Shown here: positions 1 through 9,790 of the stretch, in pieces
Numbering within the stretch: the first letter of the stretch is position 1
How the letters are laid out: every line of letters begins with the position of its first letter
Virus record (IMG/VR): IMGVR_UViG_3300040816_000489
Location: 1 to 28,354 of that record
DNA from: a virus
Taxonomy: Duplodnaviria; Caudoviricetes
Direction: 5' to 3' (one strand)
Length of the DNA stretch: 28,354 bases
Program-made: the position numbers and the translations under genes
The notes under the pieces: generated by a model
What the model was told of the DNA's origin: nothing
The model's database searches: none
What the model saw: only the letters and a program-made list of their open reading frames with translations

Positions 1-2
1 GT

Positions 3-158
3 ATTGCAGAAGCAACTCCTATCAACAATGGTGATGGTAGTTGGTCTTATGAATACAGACCTGCTTATGGTATGAACATAGATAGAATTGATAACCAAGT
101 TACCAATTACTATAGAAGTACTTACCGCTTACAACTTGGACTTAAATACGTTTTCTAA
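3..158 (+). CDS. 3' end of a probable outer-membrane beta-barrel protein (TonB-dependent receptor-like), truncated by the window edge
   Basis: Frame 3 is open from the window start: IAEATPINNGDGSWSYEYRPAYGMNIDRIDNQVTNYYRSTYRLQLGLKYVF*. It ends in an alternating amphipathic strand with terminal Phe (beta-signal) and is followed by a terminator. Not in the ORF track. Confidence 0.6.
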   Translation: MAEATPINNGDGSWSYEYRPAYGMNIDRIDNQVTNYYRSTYRLQLGLKYVF

Positions 159-177
159 ACGAATCCAAGAACAGAAT

Positions 178-203
178 AAAGGGTGTTTTTTGGCACCCTT
201 TTT
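178..203 (+). terminator. Rho-independent terminator
   Basis: AAAGGGTGTT-tttt-GGCACCCTTT stem followed by a T run, just after the stop at 158. Confidence 0.75.
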
Positions 204-204
204 C

Positions 205-233
205 TTGACTTCTAATCCATATGGCAGTATAAT
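205..233 (+). promoter_or_regulatory. sigma70-type early promoter, leaderless start for dnaJ
   Basis: TTGACT-17 bp-TATAAT. ATG at 240 lies 6 nt after the -10 box and has no SD. Confidence 0.8.
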
Positions 234-239
234 AAGTTT

Positions 240-1037
240 ATGGATCACTACAATACTCTTGGCGTACAACGAGACGCGACAGAACAGGATATAAAGAAAG
301 CATACCGCAAACTTGCGAGTAAGCATCATCCTGATAAAGGTGGTGATCAAGAACAGTTTAAAAGGATACAGGGAGCATATGAAGTTCTAAGTGATCCAAA
401 CAAAAGGGCTCAATATGATAATCCTAATCCTTTTGAACAGTTCGCAGGTGGCGGAGGCTTTGGTGATATATTCGGAGATATATTTGGACAACGTAGGCAG
501 CCAAGTAGAAACCCTGACGGAGTAGTAGATGTTTCTATTACATTGTTGCAGGCTTATACAGGTACTGATATAGTTGTAAATACTGGATACGCAAACCTTA
601 CTGTTAAAATAGATCAAGGATTAGATGTAGGCTCTAAATTAAGATTAAGTGGCAAAGGTCCTGTTAGATATAGGGAACTTCCACCGGGCGACTTGATTGT
701 GAGAATTCATATTGATGCTCCTACAAATTGGGGGAGAGATGGAAGACACCTCTTTCAACGATTTAATATCAATGCCATTGATGCTATGACTGGGTGCGAA
801 GTTATTATAAGACATCTAGATAACAAAAGGTATACACTAACGGTTCCGCCGGGTACTGCTCCAGGCAGTAGATTGAAAATGAAAGGCTTAGGTATGATTA
901 AACCTAACAGTTCTATTGTAGGTGATCTATATATTATTATAGATTTAGATGTGCCCAAGATAACTGACGACGAAGACAAGCAAACTTTAAATAATATTAA
1001 GGAAAAACATAATTATGGAAAGCAAGTATATAGATAA
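240..1037 (+). CDS. dnaJ: DnaJ-class co-chaperone (CbpA/class B type, no zinc finger)
   Basis: N-terminal J domain with HPD (KHHPDKGGD), short G/F region, C-terminal substrate-binding repeats (GDLIVRI, GDLYIII), no CxxCxGxG repeats. Confidence 0.92.
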   Translation: MDHYNTLGVQRDATEQDIKKAYRKLASKHHPDKGGDQEQFKRIQGAYEVLSDPNKRAQYDNPNPFEQFAGGGGFGDIFGDIFGQRRQPSRNPDGVVDVSITLLQAYTGTDIVVNTGYANLTVKIDQGLDVGSKLRLSGKGPVRYRELPPGDLIVRIHIDAPTNWGRDGRHLFQRFNINAIDAMTGCEVIIRHLDNKRYTLTVPPGTAPGSRLKMKGLGMIKPNSSIVGDLYIIIDLDVPKITDDEDKQTLNNIKEKHNYGKQVYR

Positions 1038-3204
1038 TATCATAGAAAATGCTGTATCGTTTGCTACTGACAAGAAGCACGAATATGTTACTTTAGAACA
1101 TATTATGATGTGTCTGTTAGAAGAAGAATCGGTACTTGAATTATTAGATGATATGCACGTTGTATCTAAAAATATTATAGAAGATATAAATCATTATCTA
1201 GATGATCCTAACTTAAATGCTTTAGTTTCTACATATGGTGCAAAAGGGTTACCAAAGAAAACTGTAAGCATAGAGAGGGTCATACAACGTTGTCTTGCCC
1301 AAGTTATCTTCTCAGGACGAACTGAGATAAAACCACTAGATTTATTTGTAAGCATCTTAAACGAAGAAAACAGTTTTGCTTGTTACTTTGTAAATCTTAA
1401 TGGTGCTAACAAAAATAATGTAATAGAATTTTTAGAGAATAAATTTAGAAGCAACAAAAATCAAGAACTTTTAGAAGACTTTACAAAAAATTTAAATCAC
1501 GAAGCACAAGAAAACAAAATAGATAAATTAATAGGAAGACACACGGAAGTAGATGATCTAGTACATATTCTTGCAAGACGTAAAAAGAATAATTGTGTTC
1601 TTATTGGAGAGCCTGGTGTAGGTAAAACTGCTATAGCAGAAGGACTTGCAAAAAGAATTGTAGACGGCGAAGTACCAGACGCAATACAGAATAAAATTGT
1701 TTATAGTTTAAGTGTAGGTGATATACTTGCTGGCACTAGATATAGAGGTGACTTTGAAGAAAGATTTAAGAACGTATTAGAAACATTAGAAGATAGTCCT
1801 AATGCTATTTTGTTTATAGATGAAATACATATGATAATGGGTGCCGGTAGTGCAGGTGGTAGTAGTGTAGACATTGCTAATTTGATAAAACCTATCTTAG
1901 GTAAAGGCAAACTACTTACTATTGGTGCAACAACACCAGATGAATTTGCAGATAGTTTTGAAAAAGATAGAGCATTGATGCGTAGATTTGCTAGGCTAGA
2001 TGTTAAAGAAACTGATATTGAAAGCACTAAACAAATTCTTAAAGGTTTAAATAATTACTACGAAACATTCCACAAAGTTACTTACTCAGAAAGTATATTA
2101 GAAAAAGCAGTAGATCTCTGTGATAGATATATTAAGAACAAAGCATTTCCAGACAAAGCATTAGATGTAGTTGATGCCGCAGGTGCTACAGTAAAACTTA
2201 GAGGAGATAAGGTAGTTGAACTATCAGATATTGTTTCAGTAATTAGTAAAATATCTAATATAGGTAAAGATGTTGTTGACACTGATAGCAAAGATGGATA
2301 TAAAACATTAGATAGCAGAATTAAAACAAAAGTGTTTGGACAAGACGAAGCAATAGATAAAATTGTTGAAAGCATAGTTGTAAGTAAATCCGGACTCAGA
2401 GAAAAGAATAAACCAATTGGTTCTTTCTTATTTGTAGGACCTACTGGAGTTGGTAAAACAGAAACAGCAAAACAATTAGCAGAAGAACTTGAATCTAAGT
2501 TAGTAAAAATTGATATGTCTGAGTACATGGAAAGACATAGTGTAAGTAAACTGATTGGTGCTCCTCCAGGTTATGTTGGACATGCTGAAGGTAAGATGGG
2601 TCAAGGACAATTACTTGCAGAAGTAGAAGAGAATCCTAATTGTGTATTGCTGTTAGATGAAGTAGAGAAAGCCGCACCAGAAGTATTACAAGTATTGCTA
2701 CAAGTAATGGACGATGGCAGACTTACAGGAGCAACAGGTAAAGTTGTAGACTTTAGTAATGTTGTATTACTAATGACAAGTAACTTAGGCGCCGCTGATG
2801 CAGAAACAAAGAAAATTGGTTTCGGTGATCAAACTAAATCTAGTGCAGTCAGTAAAGCAGTTGAAAAATTCTTTACACCAGAGTTTAGAAATAGATTAGA
2901 TTCTGTAATACGATTTAATAAACTAAGTAAAGATCTTATGTTACTTATTGTTGATAAATTAGTAAAAGAAACAAACAATCTATTACAAGAAAATGAAAGT
3001 TCAATTACTATTTCATTAACTGATGTTGCTAGACAGCAATTAGCAGAAGATGGCTATGAGCCTAGCATGGGTGCTAGACCGTTAAAACGAGCGTTCGAAG
3101 AAAATATTAAAAAGCCATTGAGTAAAAAGATTGTATTTGAAGATCTTAAAGATATCAATATAGAAGTAACATACACAGACACATATGAATTTACAACCAA
3201 TTGA
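1015..3204 (+). CDS. clpA: ClpA-like AAA+ ATP-dependent unfoldase
   Basis: Clp N-domain (HEYVTLEH), Walker A GEPGVGKT and GPTGVGKT, Walker B LFIDEIH and LLLDEVEK, pore loop GYVG, IGF ClpP-docking loop (KKIGFG), no ClpB middle domain. Confidence 0.92.
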   Translation: MESKYIDNIIENAVSFATDKKHEYVTLEHIMMCLLEEESVLELLDDMHVVSKNIIEDINHYLDDPNLNALVSTYGAKGLPKKTVSIERVIQRCLAQVIFSGRTEIKPLDLFVSILNEENSFACYFVNLNGANKNNVIEFLENKFRSNKNQELLEDFTKNLNHEAQENKIDKLIGRHTEVDDLVHILARRKKNNCVLIGEPGVGKTAIAEGLAKRIVDGEVPDAIQNKIVYSLSVGDILAGTRYRGDFEERFKNVLETLEDSPNAILFIDEIHMIMGAGSAGGSSVDIANLIKPILGKGKLLTIGATTPDEFADSFEKDRALMRRFARLDVKETDIESTKQILKGLNNYYETFHKVTYSESILEKAVDLCDRYIKNKAFPDKALDVVDAAGATVKLRGDKVVELSDIVSVISKISNIGKDVVDTDSKDGYKTLDSRIKTKVFGQDEAIDKIVESIVVSKSGLREKNKPIGSFLFVGPTGVGKTETAKQLAEELESKLVKIDMSEYMERHSVSKLIGAPPGYVGHAEGKMGQGQLLAEVEENPNCVLLLDEVEKAAPEVLQVLLQVMDDGRLTGATGKVVDFSNVVLLMTSNLGAADAETKKIGFGDQTKSSAVSKAVEKFFTPEFRNRLDSVIRFNKLSKDLMLLIVDKLVKETNNLLQENESSITISLTDVARQQLAEDGYEPSMGARPLKRAFEENIKKPLSKKIVFEDLKDINIEVTYTDTYEFTTN

Positions 3205-3835
3205 GTTACGAACAGGGCAACTAGTAACACCTTTAGGTACTAAGTATAAAGGCTTTTCAGTCGAGCCTAGCAGTATTATATTCTTCTATCAGTATCCATA
3301 TAAGATAAGATTAGAAGGTAATAATACACACTATAATATTCCTGAAATAAGAAAAATGGGTATTGAGTTGTACGATATGTTTACATATTCACATGAATAT
3401 AAAATTTTTGAAAATACTAGTAGCATAAATTTATATACAAATAATTTAGACGTTATCGATACTGTTATAGAAAATTATGGACATCTTGTTGTAAACATTG
3501 TAGGTCCTATCGATAAAGACAATATCAAAATGTTAGAAACTTTTACACCTAGTATAATATATAGAAATAAATATTGGTATAGTAAATACGATACTAAAAT
3601 AGAATTTTATGTGCCTTATAAAAGTCCTGTTATAGATACAGTAAAACTTAGAGAGGACATTTACTCGTTTGTAAAAGAAAATTTTACAATGGCTCAATGG
3701 TACAATTCAAATTCTAGAATATGGGTAGATAACTTTCTGTATTGCAAATCAGAAGATTTAAAAGAAGTATCTGCCTTTTTAAAGATCAATTTTTCTGATT
3801 ATATTGTAAATATACAGAAGATTCGATTATATTGA
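3185..3835 (+). CDS. hypothetical protein
   Basis: 216-aa ORF overlapping the clpA stop and ending 9 nt before the lysozyme. No motif recognised. Confidence 0.7.
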   Translation: MNLQPIELRTGQLVTPLGTKYKGFSVEPSSIIFFYQYPYKIRLEGNNTHYNIPEIRKMGIELYDMFTYSHEYKIFENTSSINLYTNNLDVIDTVIENYGHLVVNIVGPIDKDNIKMLETFTPSIIYRNKYWYSKYDTKIEFYVPYKSPVIDTVKLREDIYSFVKENFTMAQWYNSNSRIWVDNFLYCKSEDLKEVSAFLKINFSDYIVNIQKIRLY

Positions 3836-3844
3836 GGAGAATAT

Positions 3845-4309
3845 ATGTTTTTTAGAAAAGACACAACGTTAGATAGAGAAGCAGTCTTTGAACAATTAAA
3901 AATAGATGAAGGTGTTGTATACGAAGTATATCACGATCATTTAGGATTACCAACATTTGGTGTTGGCCATTTGGTTTTAGAATCAGACCCAGAATATGGA
4001 AAGCCAGTAGGAACTCCTGTAGATGAGGATAGAGTGAAAGAATGTTTTGAAAAAGATCTAGATACTGCAATATCAGAGTGTGAAGTATTATATGAAGACT
4101 TTGGTGATTGGCCAGACGAAGTTCAACAAATATTAGTAAACATGATGTTTAATATGGGCAGAACAAGATTATCAGGATTTAAAAACTTTAAGAAAGCACT
4201 TGAAGAACAAGACTGGAAACAAGCCGGCGTTGAAGGCAGAGATTCAAAATGGTACCGACAGGTTACTAATCGTGCTGAACGTTTAATGGAAAGATTAGAA
4301 AAAGTCTAA
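3845..4309 (+). CDS. T4-type phage lysozyme (GH24 muramidase, endolysin candidate)
   Basis: IDEG...YHDHLGLPTFGVGH (Glu-x8-Asp-x5-Thr catalytic pattern), NMMFNMG, SKWYRQVTNRAERL. SD GAGGAG upstream. Confidence 0.9.
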   Translation: MFFRKDTTLDREAVFEQLKIDEGVVYEVYHDHLGLPTFGVGHLVLESDPEYGKPVGTPVDEDRVKECFEKDLDTAISECEVLYEDFGDWPDEVQQILVNMMFNMGRTRLSGFKNFKKALEEQDWKQAGVEGRDSKWYRQVTNRAERLMERLEKV

Positions 4310-4311
4310 GT

Positions 4312-4319
4312 GATAAATA
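4312..4319 (+). promoter_or_regulatory. putative late promoter (GATAAATA)
   Basis: Resembles the T4 late promoter TATAAATA. The same 8-mer recurs upstream of genes at 4782, 9732, 13061 and 15281. Confidence 0.7.
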
Positions 4320-4342
4320 GTATTATCATTTAGAGGAATACT

Positions 4343-4777
4343 ATGCCAATAAACAGAAGAAGTATGAACATGTTTGATGCATCAGGCACAGACATGAATA
4401 AGTACGGGACAGAAATTAAAGGTGATGCTTATTACGGATATAGTGATGGCTATCATACACTCCAAGTTACTTATGCAGAATTTGTTGGCAGATTTAGAAT
4501 CCAATGTACATTATCTTTAGAACCAACTAGTACAGATTGGTTTGATTTAGTACCAGACACTACTATATACGGCAGTTTAACTGATCAGGCAGTTGCATAT
4601 AATCCAGATGGATACATACAATTTAATGCTAATGATCCAGCAACTGGTTCAGCGGCGTATACATTCCAGGGAAACTTTACCTTTGTTAGATGTTATATGG
4701 ACAGAGAACATATAGGTGATGGCGAAACATACGATTCAAGTTACGGTCAAATCTCCAGAGTAATTCTTTCTGCATAA
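4343..4777 (+). CDS. hypothetical protein, probably virion-associated (beta-rich)
   Basis: 144 aa, SD GAGG, preceded by the late motif, first gene of the structural block. Confidence 0.7.
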   Translation: MPINRRSMNMFDASGTDMNKYGTEIKGDAYYGYSDGYHTLQVTYAEFVGRFRIQCTLSLEPTSTDWFDLVPDTTIYGSLTDQAVAYNPDGYIQFNANDPATGSAAYTFQGNFTFVRCYMDREHIGDGETYDSSYGQISRVILSA

Positions 4778-4781
4778 AGTT

Positions 4782-4789
4782 GATAAATA
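4782..4789 (+). promoter_or_regulatory. putative late promoter (GATAAATA)
   Basis: Intergenic copy of the motif, overlapping a perfect 16-bp palindrome TAGTGTTATAACACTA (4788-4803). Confidence 0.7.
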
Positions 4790-4819
4790 GTGTTATAACA
4801 CTAATTTAGGACAACTTGG

Positions 4820-7687
4820 ATGGCATTTGCAAACACCTTCATAACATTAGATGACGTAGACGTTTCCAGCCTTACTGCTGGTAAATTTTTAAGAGTACGA
4901 CCAAACGGTAATGTAGAAGTTCATCAAACAGATTTAGAAATGGATATGATATCAGATGTAATTACATCTGGTGCTTATACTCCTAGTGCTGGCCAAGTTC
5001 TAGTTTATAATAACGACGGCAATTGGAAACCAGGTACTGCTGATGTTTACAGTATGGGCAATGGTCTTAATAAAAGTGGACTTACTCTAAATGTACAAGC
5101 AGGCAGTGGCGGTGGACTAACTGCAAACAGTAATGGTGTTTATATTGCAGACATTTCTAATATTGCTGGAACATACGGCAATAGTTCTTATGTACCTACA
5201 ATTACAGTAAACAGCAAAGGACAAATAACTGCTGTTACACCAGTTGCAACAACAGTAGAAGAAGCACAAAGTTTAAATGCAAGTTATGTAGGAAACGTAA
5301 TAGGTACCTCAGGGCAACTTACTGTAACTGGCGGTTCAGGTGTAAATTCTAATGCTACATTAAATTTAGTTGCAACAGGCGTTACATCAGGTGTGTACGG
5401 TAATACAACACATATTCCTCAAATTACAGTTGACACTTATGGAAGAATACAAAACGTTGATATGGTCAACGTTACAGGCAATGTGTCAGGTGGTTCCGGA
5501 GGTAATGTACAACTAGCATATAAAAATATTGCAGTAAGTGGACAAACAACATTAAGTGCTGATCAGGCTGAAGATACTTTAACATTTGAAGGTGGTACAG
5601 GATTTGATTGGACCACAACACCGAGCGAAGATAAGGTTACAGTTAGTGCAAATGCCACAGCACTAGCAGGCCTTTTAGATTTATCTGGACTTAATGATGT
5701 AGATGCAACAGGCATTACAAACGGACAAGTTTTAGTTTGGAATAGTAGTACAAGTAAATTTGAAGCAGGAGACCAAACAGGTTCAGGTGGTGGTAGTAAT
5801 GTTACTTTAACAGATTTTAGTGTAACAACAGCAACACCAAGTGGTAACGGCAGTTTAACGTATGACAATGCAGGTGTATTTACATTTACACCAGCAGATA
5901 CAAGTGCAGGTGGCATAGATACTGCTGGAGTAGATGCACACCTAAATGTAAGTGGTGCAAGTACCAATGATGTATTAAGTTGGAATGGTAGTGATTATGC
6001 CTGGGTAGCACAAAGCGGCGGCAGTGGTAATTATAGTGATTCTAATGTTGCAAGTTTCTTAAGTACAAACAGTTATAGTAATGTTGCATATGGCAACACA
6101 GAAGTTCAAGTATATTTAGATGCTCAGGGTTACAGTAATGTAGACAATGATGCACAAAATTTAAGTTGGGATTCAGCGGCTTCTAATTTAAGTATTAGCG
6201 GTGGTAATAATGTAGACTTATCAGCACTAGAGCAAACACTTAGTATTTCAGGTAATGTTATTACAATCAGTGGTAACAATGATACAGTTGATCTTACAAC
6301 AGCATTAAGTGTTTACCAAACAAGTTCAGAGGCCACAACTGCAAATACAAACATGCAGGCATACGTTGATGCAGAAGTTACAAAACTTATAGGTGGTGCT
6401 AATGTAAACTTAGACAGTTTGGCAGAAGTTGCCAATGCATTAGCAAATAGCAATACAGAATTAAGCACAGTTGCATTCACTGGAACATACAGTGACTTGC
6501 AAACAAGACCAACAATTAGTTTAGCAGGTAGTGACCTAACATACGATGGAACAACTATTGATCTATCAGGAGTAGGCGCAACAGGACCTCAGGGTCCACA
6601 GGGTAATACTGGTTCAACTGGTGCAACTGGTACAGGAATTACTAATGCAGTAATTACTAGTAATGATCTCATACTAACATATTCAAATACATCTGTACAA
6701 AATTTAGGTAATATAAGAGGCCCAGTGGGTCCAACAGGTGCTACAGGTTCTCAGGGACCACAAGGTGATACGGGTGATACTGGACCACAGGGTAATACTG
6801 GTGCTACAGGTCCACAAGGACCACAGGGTAATGTAGGTGCTACTGGTCCTCAGGGTGCTGGACTAAATGATGTAAGTGTTACAACAGCAAGTGCAAGTGG
6901 CAGTGGTAGTTTAGCATATAATAGTGGTAGTGGTGTATTTACATTTACTCCACCAGACCTAAGCAGTTACTTAACAAGCGAAACTGACAACCAAACATTA
7001 AGTTTAGTAGGCAATGTTATCACAATCAGTGGTAGCGGTAGCACAGTAGACTTAACGTCTATACTAGGAACAGGCGGTGGCGGTTCTGGAGACATAGAAG
7101 GTGTCACAGCAGGAACCGGATTAAGTGGCGGCGGTACTAGTGGTACTGTTACTGTAAATTTAGACGATACATCAGTTACTCCAGGCACATATGGTAGTTC
7201 TACAAAAAGTGCAAGAATTACAGTTGATCAACAAGGTAGAATTACAGGTGTTACTGAATCTACTATATCAGGCGGCGGTGGAGGAGGCGGTGCCTCTGTT
7301 GAAATGTTTAAACTTAATTATGCTAGTAGCGGACAATTAAGTGGTACATCAAATGTTACCTCAGGTATTTCAAGTATTAATATCGATAGTGCAAGTGGCG
7401 GAGAAGTTACTATAACATTTGATAGTGGTACATATAACATACCACCTGCTTCAATAATGTTTTATGGATATGATTATACTAACAACAAATATAACATGAT
7501 ACCATTTGATACATCAGTAACATTTCATGAAGTTCCAGGAGGAGGTTCAAGTGGTTCTCCTACATTGTTTGATGCGGCAAGCCCAGTAGCAATGAGTATT
7601 AGATTAAGAGAAACAGAAACTGGTGCAAGTAGAGGCGGCTTTGGTACAACAACCCATGCGTGGGTCAGAATGGTTATGTTTGGGTAA
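4820..7687 (+). CDS. tail fibre / virion fibre protein with collagen-like segments
   Basis: 955 aa, G/S/T/N-rich. Fibre repeats GxYGxxxxxxxITVxxxGxI (3x), GQVLVW/YN modules, [11 protein letters not shown] motif, Gly-X-Y runs. Confidence 0.8.
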   Translation: MAFANTFITLDDVDVSSLTAGKFLRVRPNGNVEVHQTDLEMDMISDVITSGAYTPSAGQVLVYNNDGNWKPGTADVYSMGNGLNKSGLTLNVQAGSGGGLTANSNGVYIADISNIAGTYGNSSYVPTITVNSKGQITAVTPVATTVEEAQSLNASYVGNVIGTSGQLTVTGGSGVNSNATLNLVATGVTSGVYGNTTHIPQITVDTYGRIQNVDMVNVTGNVSGGSGGNVQLAYKNIAVSGQTTLSADQAEDTLTFEGGTGFDWTTTPSEDKVTVSANATALAGLLDLSGLNDVDATGITNGQVLVWNSSTSKFEAGDQTGSGGGSNVTLTDFSVTTATPSGNGSLTYDNAGVFTFTPADTSAGGIDTAGVDAHLNVSGASTNDVLSWNGSDYAWVAQSGGSGNYSDSNVASFLSTNSYSNVAYGNTEVQVYLDAQGYSNVDNDAQNLSWDSAASNLSISGGNNVDLSALEQTLSISGNVITISGNNDTVDLTTALSVYQTSSEATTANTNMQAYVDAEVTKLIGGANVNLDSLAEVANALANSNTELSTVAFTGTYSDLQTRPTISLAGSDLTYDGTTIDLSGVGATGPQGPQGNTGSTGATGTGITNAVITSNDLILTYSNTSVQNLGNIRGPVGPTGATGSQGPQGDTGDTGPQGNTGATGPQGPQGNVGATGPQGAGLNDVSVTTASASGSGSLAYNSGSGVFTFTPPDLSSYLTSETDNQTLSLVGNVITISGSGSTVDLTSILGTGGGGSGDIEGVTAGTGLSGGGTSGTVTVNLDDTSVTPGTYGSSTKSARITVDQQGRITGVTESTISGGGGGGGASVEMFKLNYASSGQLSGTSNVTSGISSINIDSASGGEVTITFDSGTYNIPPASIMFYGYDYTNNKYNMIPFDTSVTFHEVPGGGSSGSPTLFDAASPVAMSIRLRETETGASRGGFGTTTHAWVRMVMFG
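6575..6861 (+). repeat. collagen-like Gly-X-Y repeats (two runs)
   Basis: [21 protein letters not shown] from 6575 and [46 protein letters not shown] from 6719. Confidence 0.9.
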
Positions 7688-7697
7688 GGTATAATTT

Positions 7698-9713
7698 ATG
7701 TCTACTAGTTATAGAAGTAATCAAATAAAACTAAACTATCCTAATAAGGTGTTAGGTGTTAGTGCGACTTCTATTACAGGTTCAAGTTATTGGCCTCATG
7801 CTAATGGAAGTGCTGATCCATGGTACGAATCAGCAGGAAGTCCTAGGTACTATCAATGGACAGTTACATTTACTGTAACTGCTCAAACTCATGGTTCTCA
7901 TTTAACACGTGATGATTTTCAATACAATGGTTTAGATGTTGTTGTTGGAGATTGGATAGCAGGTGCTACGTCAGGTCAATGTTTAAAGATTATTTCTATA
8001 TCAGCAAAAACAAAAACAGAAGTAACATGTGTGGTTGAAGATTGGTTACGTTATAACACATTTGCAAGTACAAGTGGTAATGGTATTTTTAATACAGGAG
8101 CCGCAGTAATTTTTAGTGTTAACGAAAATGGATTACCTATGTTAGATCCATTGCCAACAACAGTAGCCGGTAGTTTCTATGCATTAGTAATGAGTAGGTT
8201 TCAGTATCTTAACCCACAAGTAAATTATGTATTAGAACAAACAGCACATGGTTTTACTAAAGGTGATGTTATAAGTGTTACTAGTGAAGGTTTTTCAAAA
8301 GCAAATTCGCTAACAGCAGATAGAATGATAGGCGTTGTTACAGAATCAGGACCAGGACCTGATTATTTTATGGTATTACCTAATAACAGAATTATAGATT
8401 TTGATCCAACAATACCAGGAAGTCAAGGCGATTACATTTATGTTGATTCTGACGGGACTCTCAGTAATACTAGTTCTGGAACCAACAAAGTTGCATTCTT
8501 AAACATACAAAGTGCTGTACCTACAGAATTAACAGGAGACCAAGGTAACCCTGTATTAGGTGACGGCAATGTTATAACATTTAATAGCATACCAATAACC
8601 TTTAGTGGTACAGGCGGCGAATCTAATGTTAGTGAGATCGCAGAGCAAATAAATGCTGAAACCAGCAATCATAATATTGTAGCATCAGTATTGCCGTTAG
8701 AAAACACAATAACCTCAGATGGACCTAATACAATATATGGATTAGTAGGCGGTTATACACCTTTTAGTGCATACATTGATAGTGGTAGTGGCAACACACT
8801 TATTAACTTTACCAGCAATGGTAGTGTGTATGCTACTGTTAGTACACCACAAGATATGGCTACAGATATTAATGCGGCTAACATAGCCAACTTAACTGTA
8901 ACTGCAACAGCAACAGTATTAACATTATCAGAAGTCAATGGTAATGCTATATCTATTAGCAACGGTAATGCAGACACCGGCGGATATTATTATGTAGGTG
9001 TTAGTAATATATCAGGATTGCCGGCAAGTACAAGTGCCACTAATGCAGATAAGTTGAGGTTAACAAGATCAGATGGTGGCGAAGTTTTAATTTTTGAAGA
9101 TTCGGATTTATTCCAAACACAAACAGGAATAAGTTCTGCACATACTGGTAGCATACCGTTAGCAATGAACATTGAACAAGGTGTGCGTACAGGTGGTACT
9201 ACAGTGGTAGGTACAATAAGTGCCAGAGATGCTCTTGTACCAGCGGCAGGTGACCAAGCATACGTTACCAACAAAGGTGATGGTGAGTGGGGATTATATT
9301 TGTATACAGGTAGTTCCTGGGAAGAGATATCTAACCAAGATAGTGCTACTGTAGATGCTAAAACATTATCTACAACATTTACAATGCCTGCAGGAGGCTT
9401 TGGTAATAGCACAACAAACAATTTAGGAAATATATCTCCAGGCAGAAAAATAATGAATGTTACTGTAAATGTCGATACAGCATTTACTGGTTATAGTGGC
9501 AATGTATTACCTAATATTGAAGTAGGTACTATTGCAGATGCCGATATTTATGTAGATGAAGTAAGTAACGATCTCACAGAAACTACTGACTTTGTTACCA
9601 CGCCAGATTATGTGTATCCTGCTACAGAGACACAAGATCAAGTCATAAGAGTAAGGTGTAATCATTATCAAGCATCCGCTGGAAATGTTACCGTCACACT
9701 TACTTACGTTTAA
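7698..9713 (+). CDS. putative virion structural protein (tail/baseplate-associated)
   Basis: 671 aa, T/S/G-rich beta-type composition, lies between two fibre-like genes. Specific family not recognised. Confidence 0.65.
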   Translation: MSTSYRSNQIKLNYPNKVLGVSATSITGSSYWPHANGSADPWYESAGSPRYYQWTVTFTVTAQTHGSHLTRDDFQYNGLDVVVGDWIAGATSGQCLKIISISAKTKTEVTCVVEDWLRYNTFASTSGNGIFNTGAAVIFSVNENGLPMLDPLPTTVAGSFYALVMSRFQYLNPQVNYVLEQTAHGFTKGDVISVTSEGFSKANSLTADRMIGVVTESGPGPDYFMVLPNNRIIDFDPTIPGSQGDYIYVDSDGTLSNTSSGTNKVAFLNIQSAVPTELTGDQGNPVLGDGNVITFNSIPITFSGTGGESNVSEIAEQINAETSNHNIVASVLPLENTITSDGPNTIYGLVGGYTPFSAYIDSGSGNTLINFTSNGSVYATVSTPQDMATDINAANIANLTVTATATVLTLSEVNGNAISISNGNADTGGYYYVGVSNISGLPASTSATNADKLRLTRSDGGEVLIFEDSDLFQTQTGISSAHTGSIPLAMNIEQGVRTGGTTVVGTISARDALVPAAGDQAYVTNKGDGEWGLYLYTGSSWEEISNQDSATVDAKTLSTTFTMPAGGFGNSTTNNLGNISPGRKIMNVTVNVDTAFTGYSGNVLPNIEVGTIADADIYVDEVSNDLTETTDFVTTPDYVYPATETQDQVIRVRCNHYQASAGNVTVTLTYV

Positions 9714-9731
9714 ACTCTTTTAACATTTTTA

Positions 9732-9739
9732 GATAAATA
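9732..9739 (+). promoter_or_regulatory. putative late promoter (GATAAATA)
   Basis: Intergenic, followed by the small hairpin ATGAG-gaga-CTCAT (9745-9758) and SD AAGGAG at 9778. Confidence 0.7.
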
Positions 9740-9790
9740 CATACATGAGGAGACTCATAATTCGAATTAGAAATCTTAAGGAGAACATAA

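Noticed and set aside
88-350. Track ORFs 88..294 (+) and 129..350 (-)
   Set aside because: They run across a terminator, a promoter and the dnaJ start. The real upstream gene is the frame ending at 158.
3797-3834. 10-bp direct repeat GATTATATTG upstream of the lysozyme
   Set aside because: Two AT-rich copies inside a coding region, plausible by chance.
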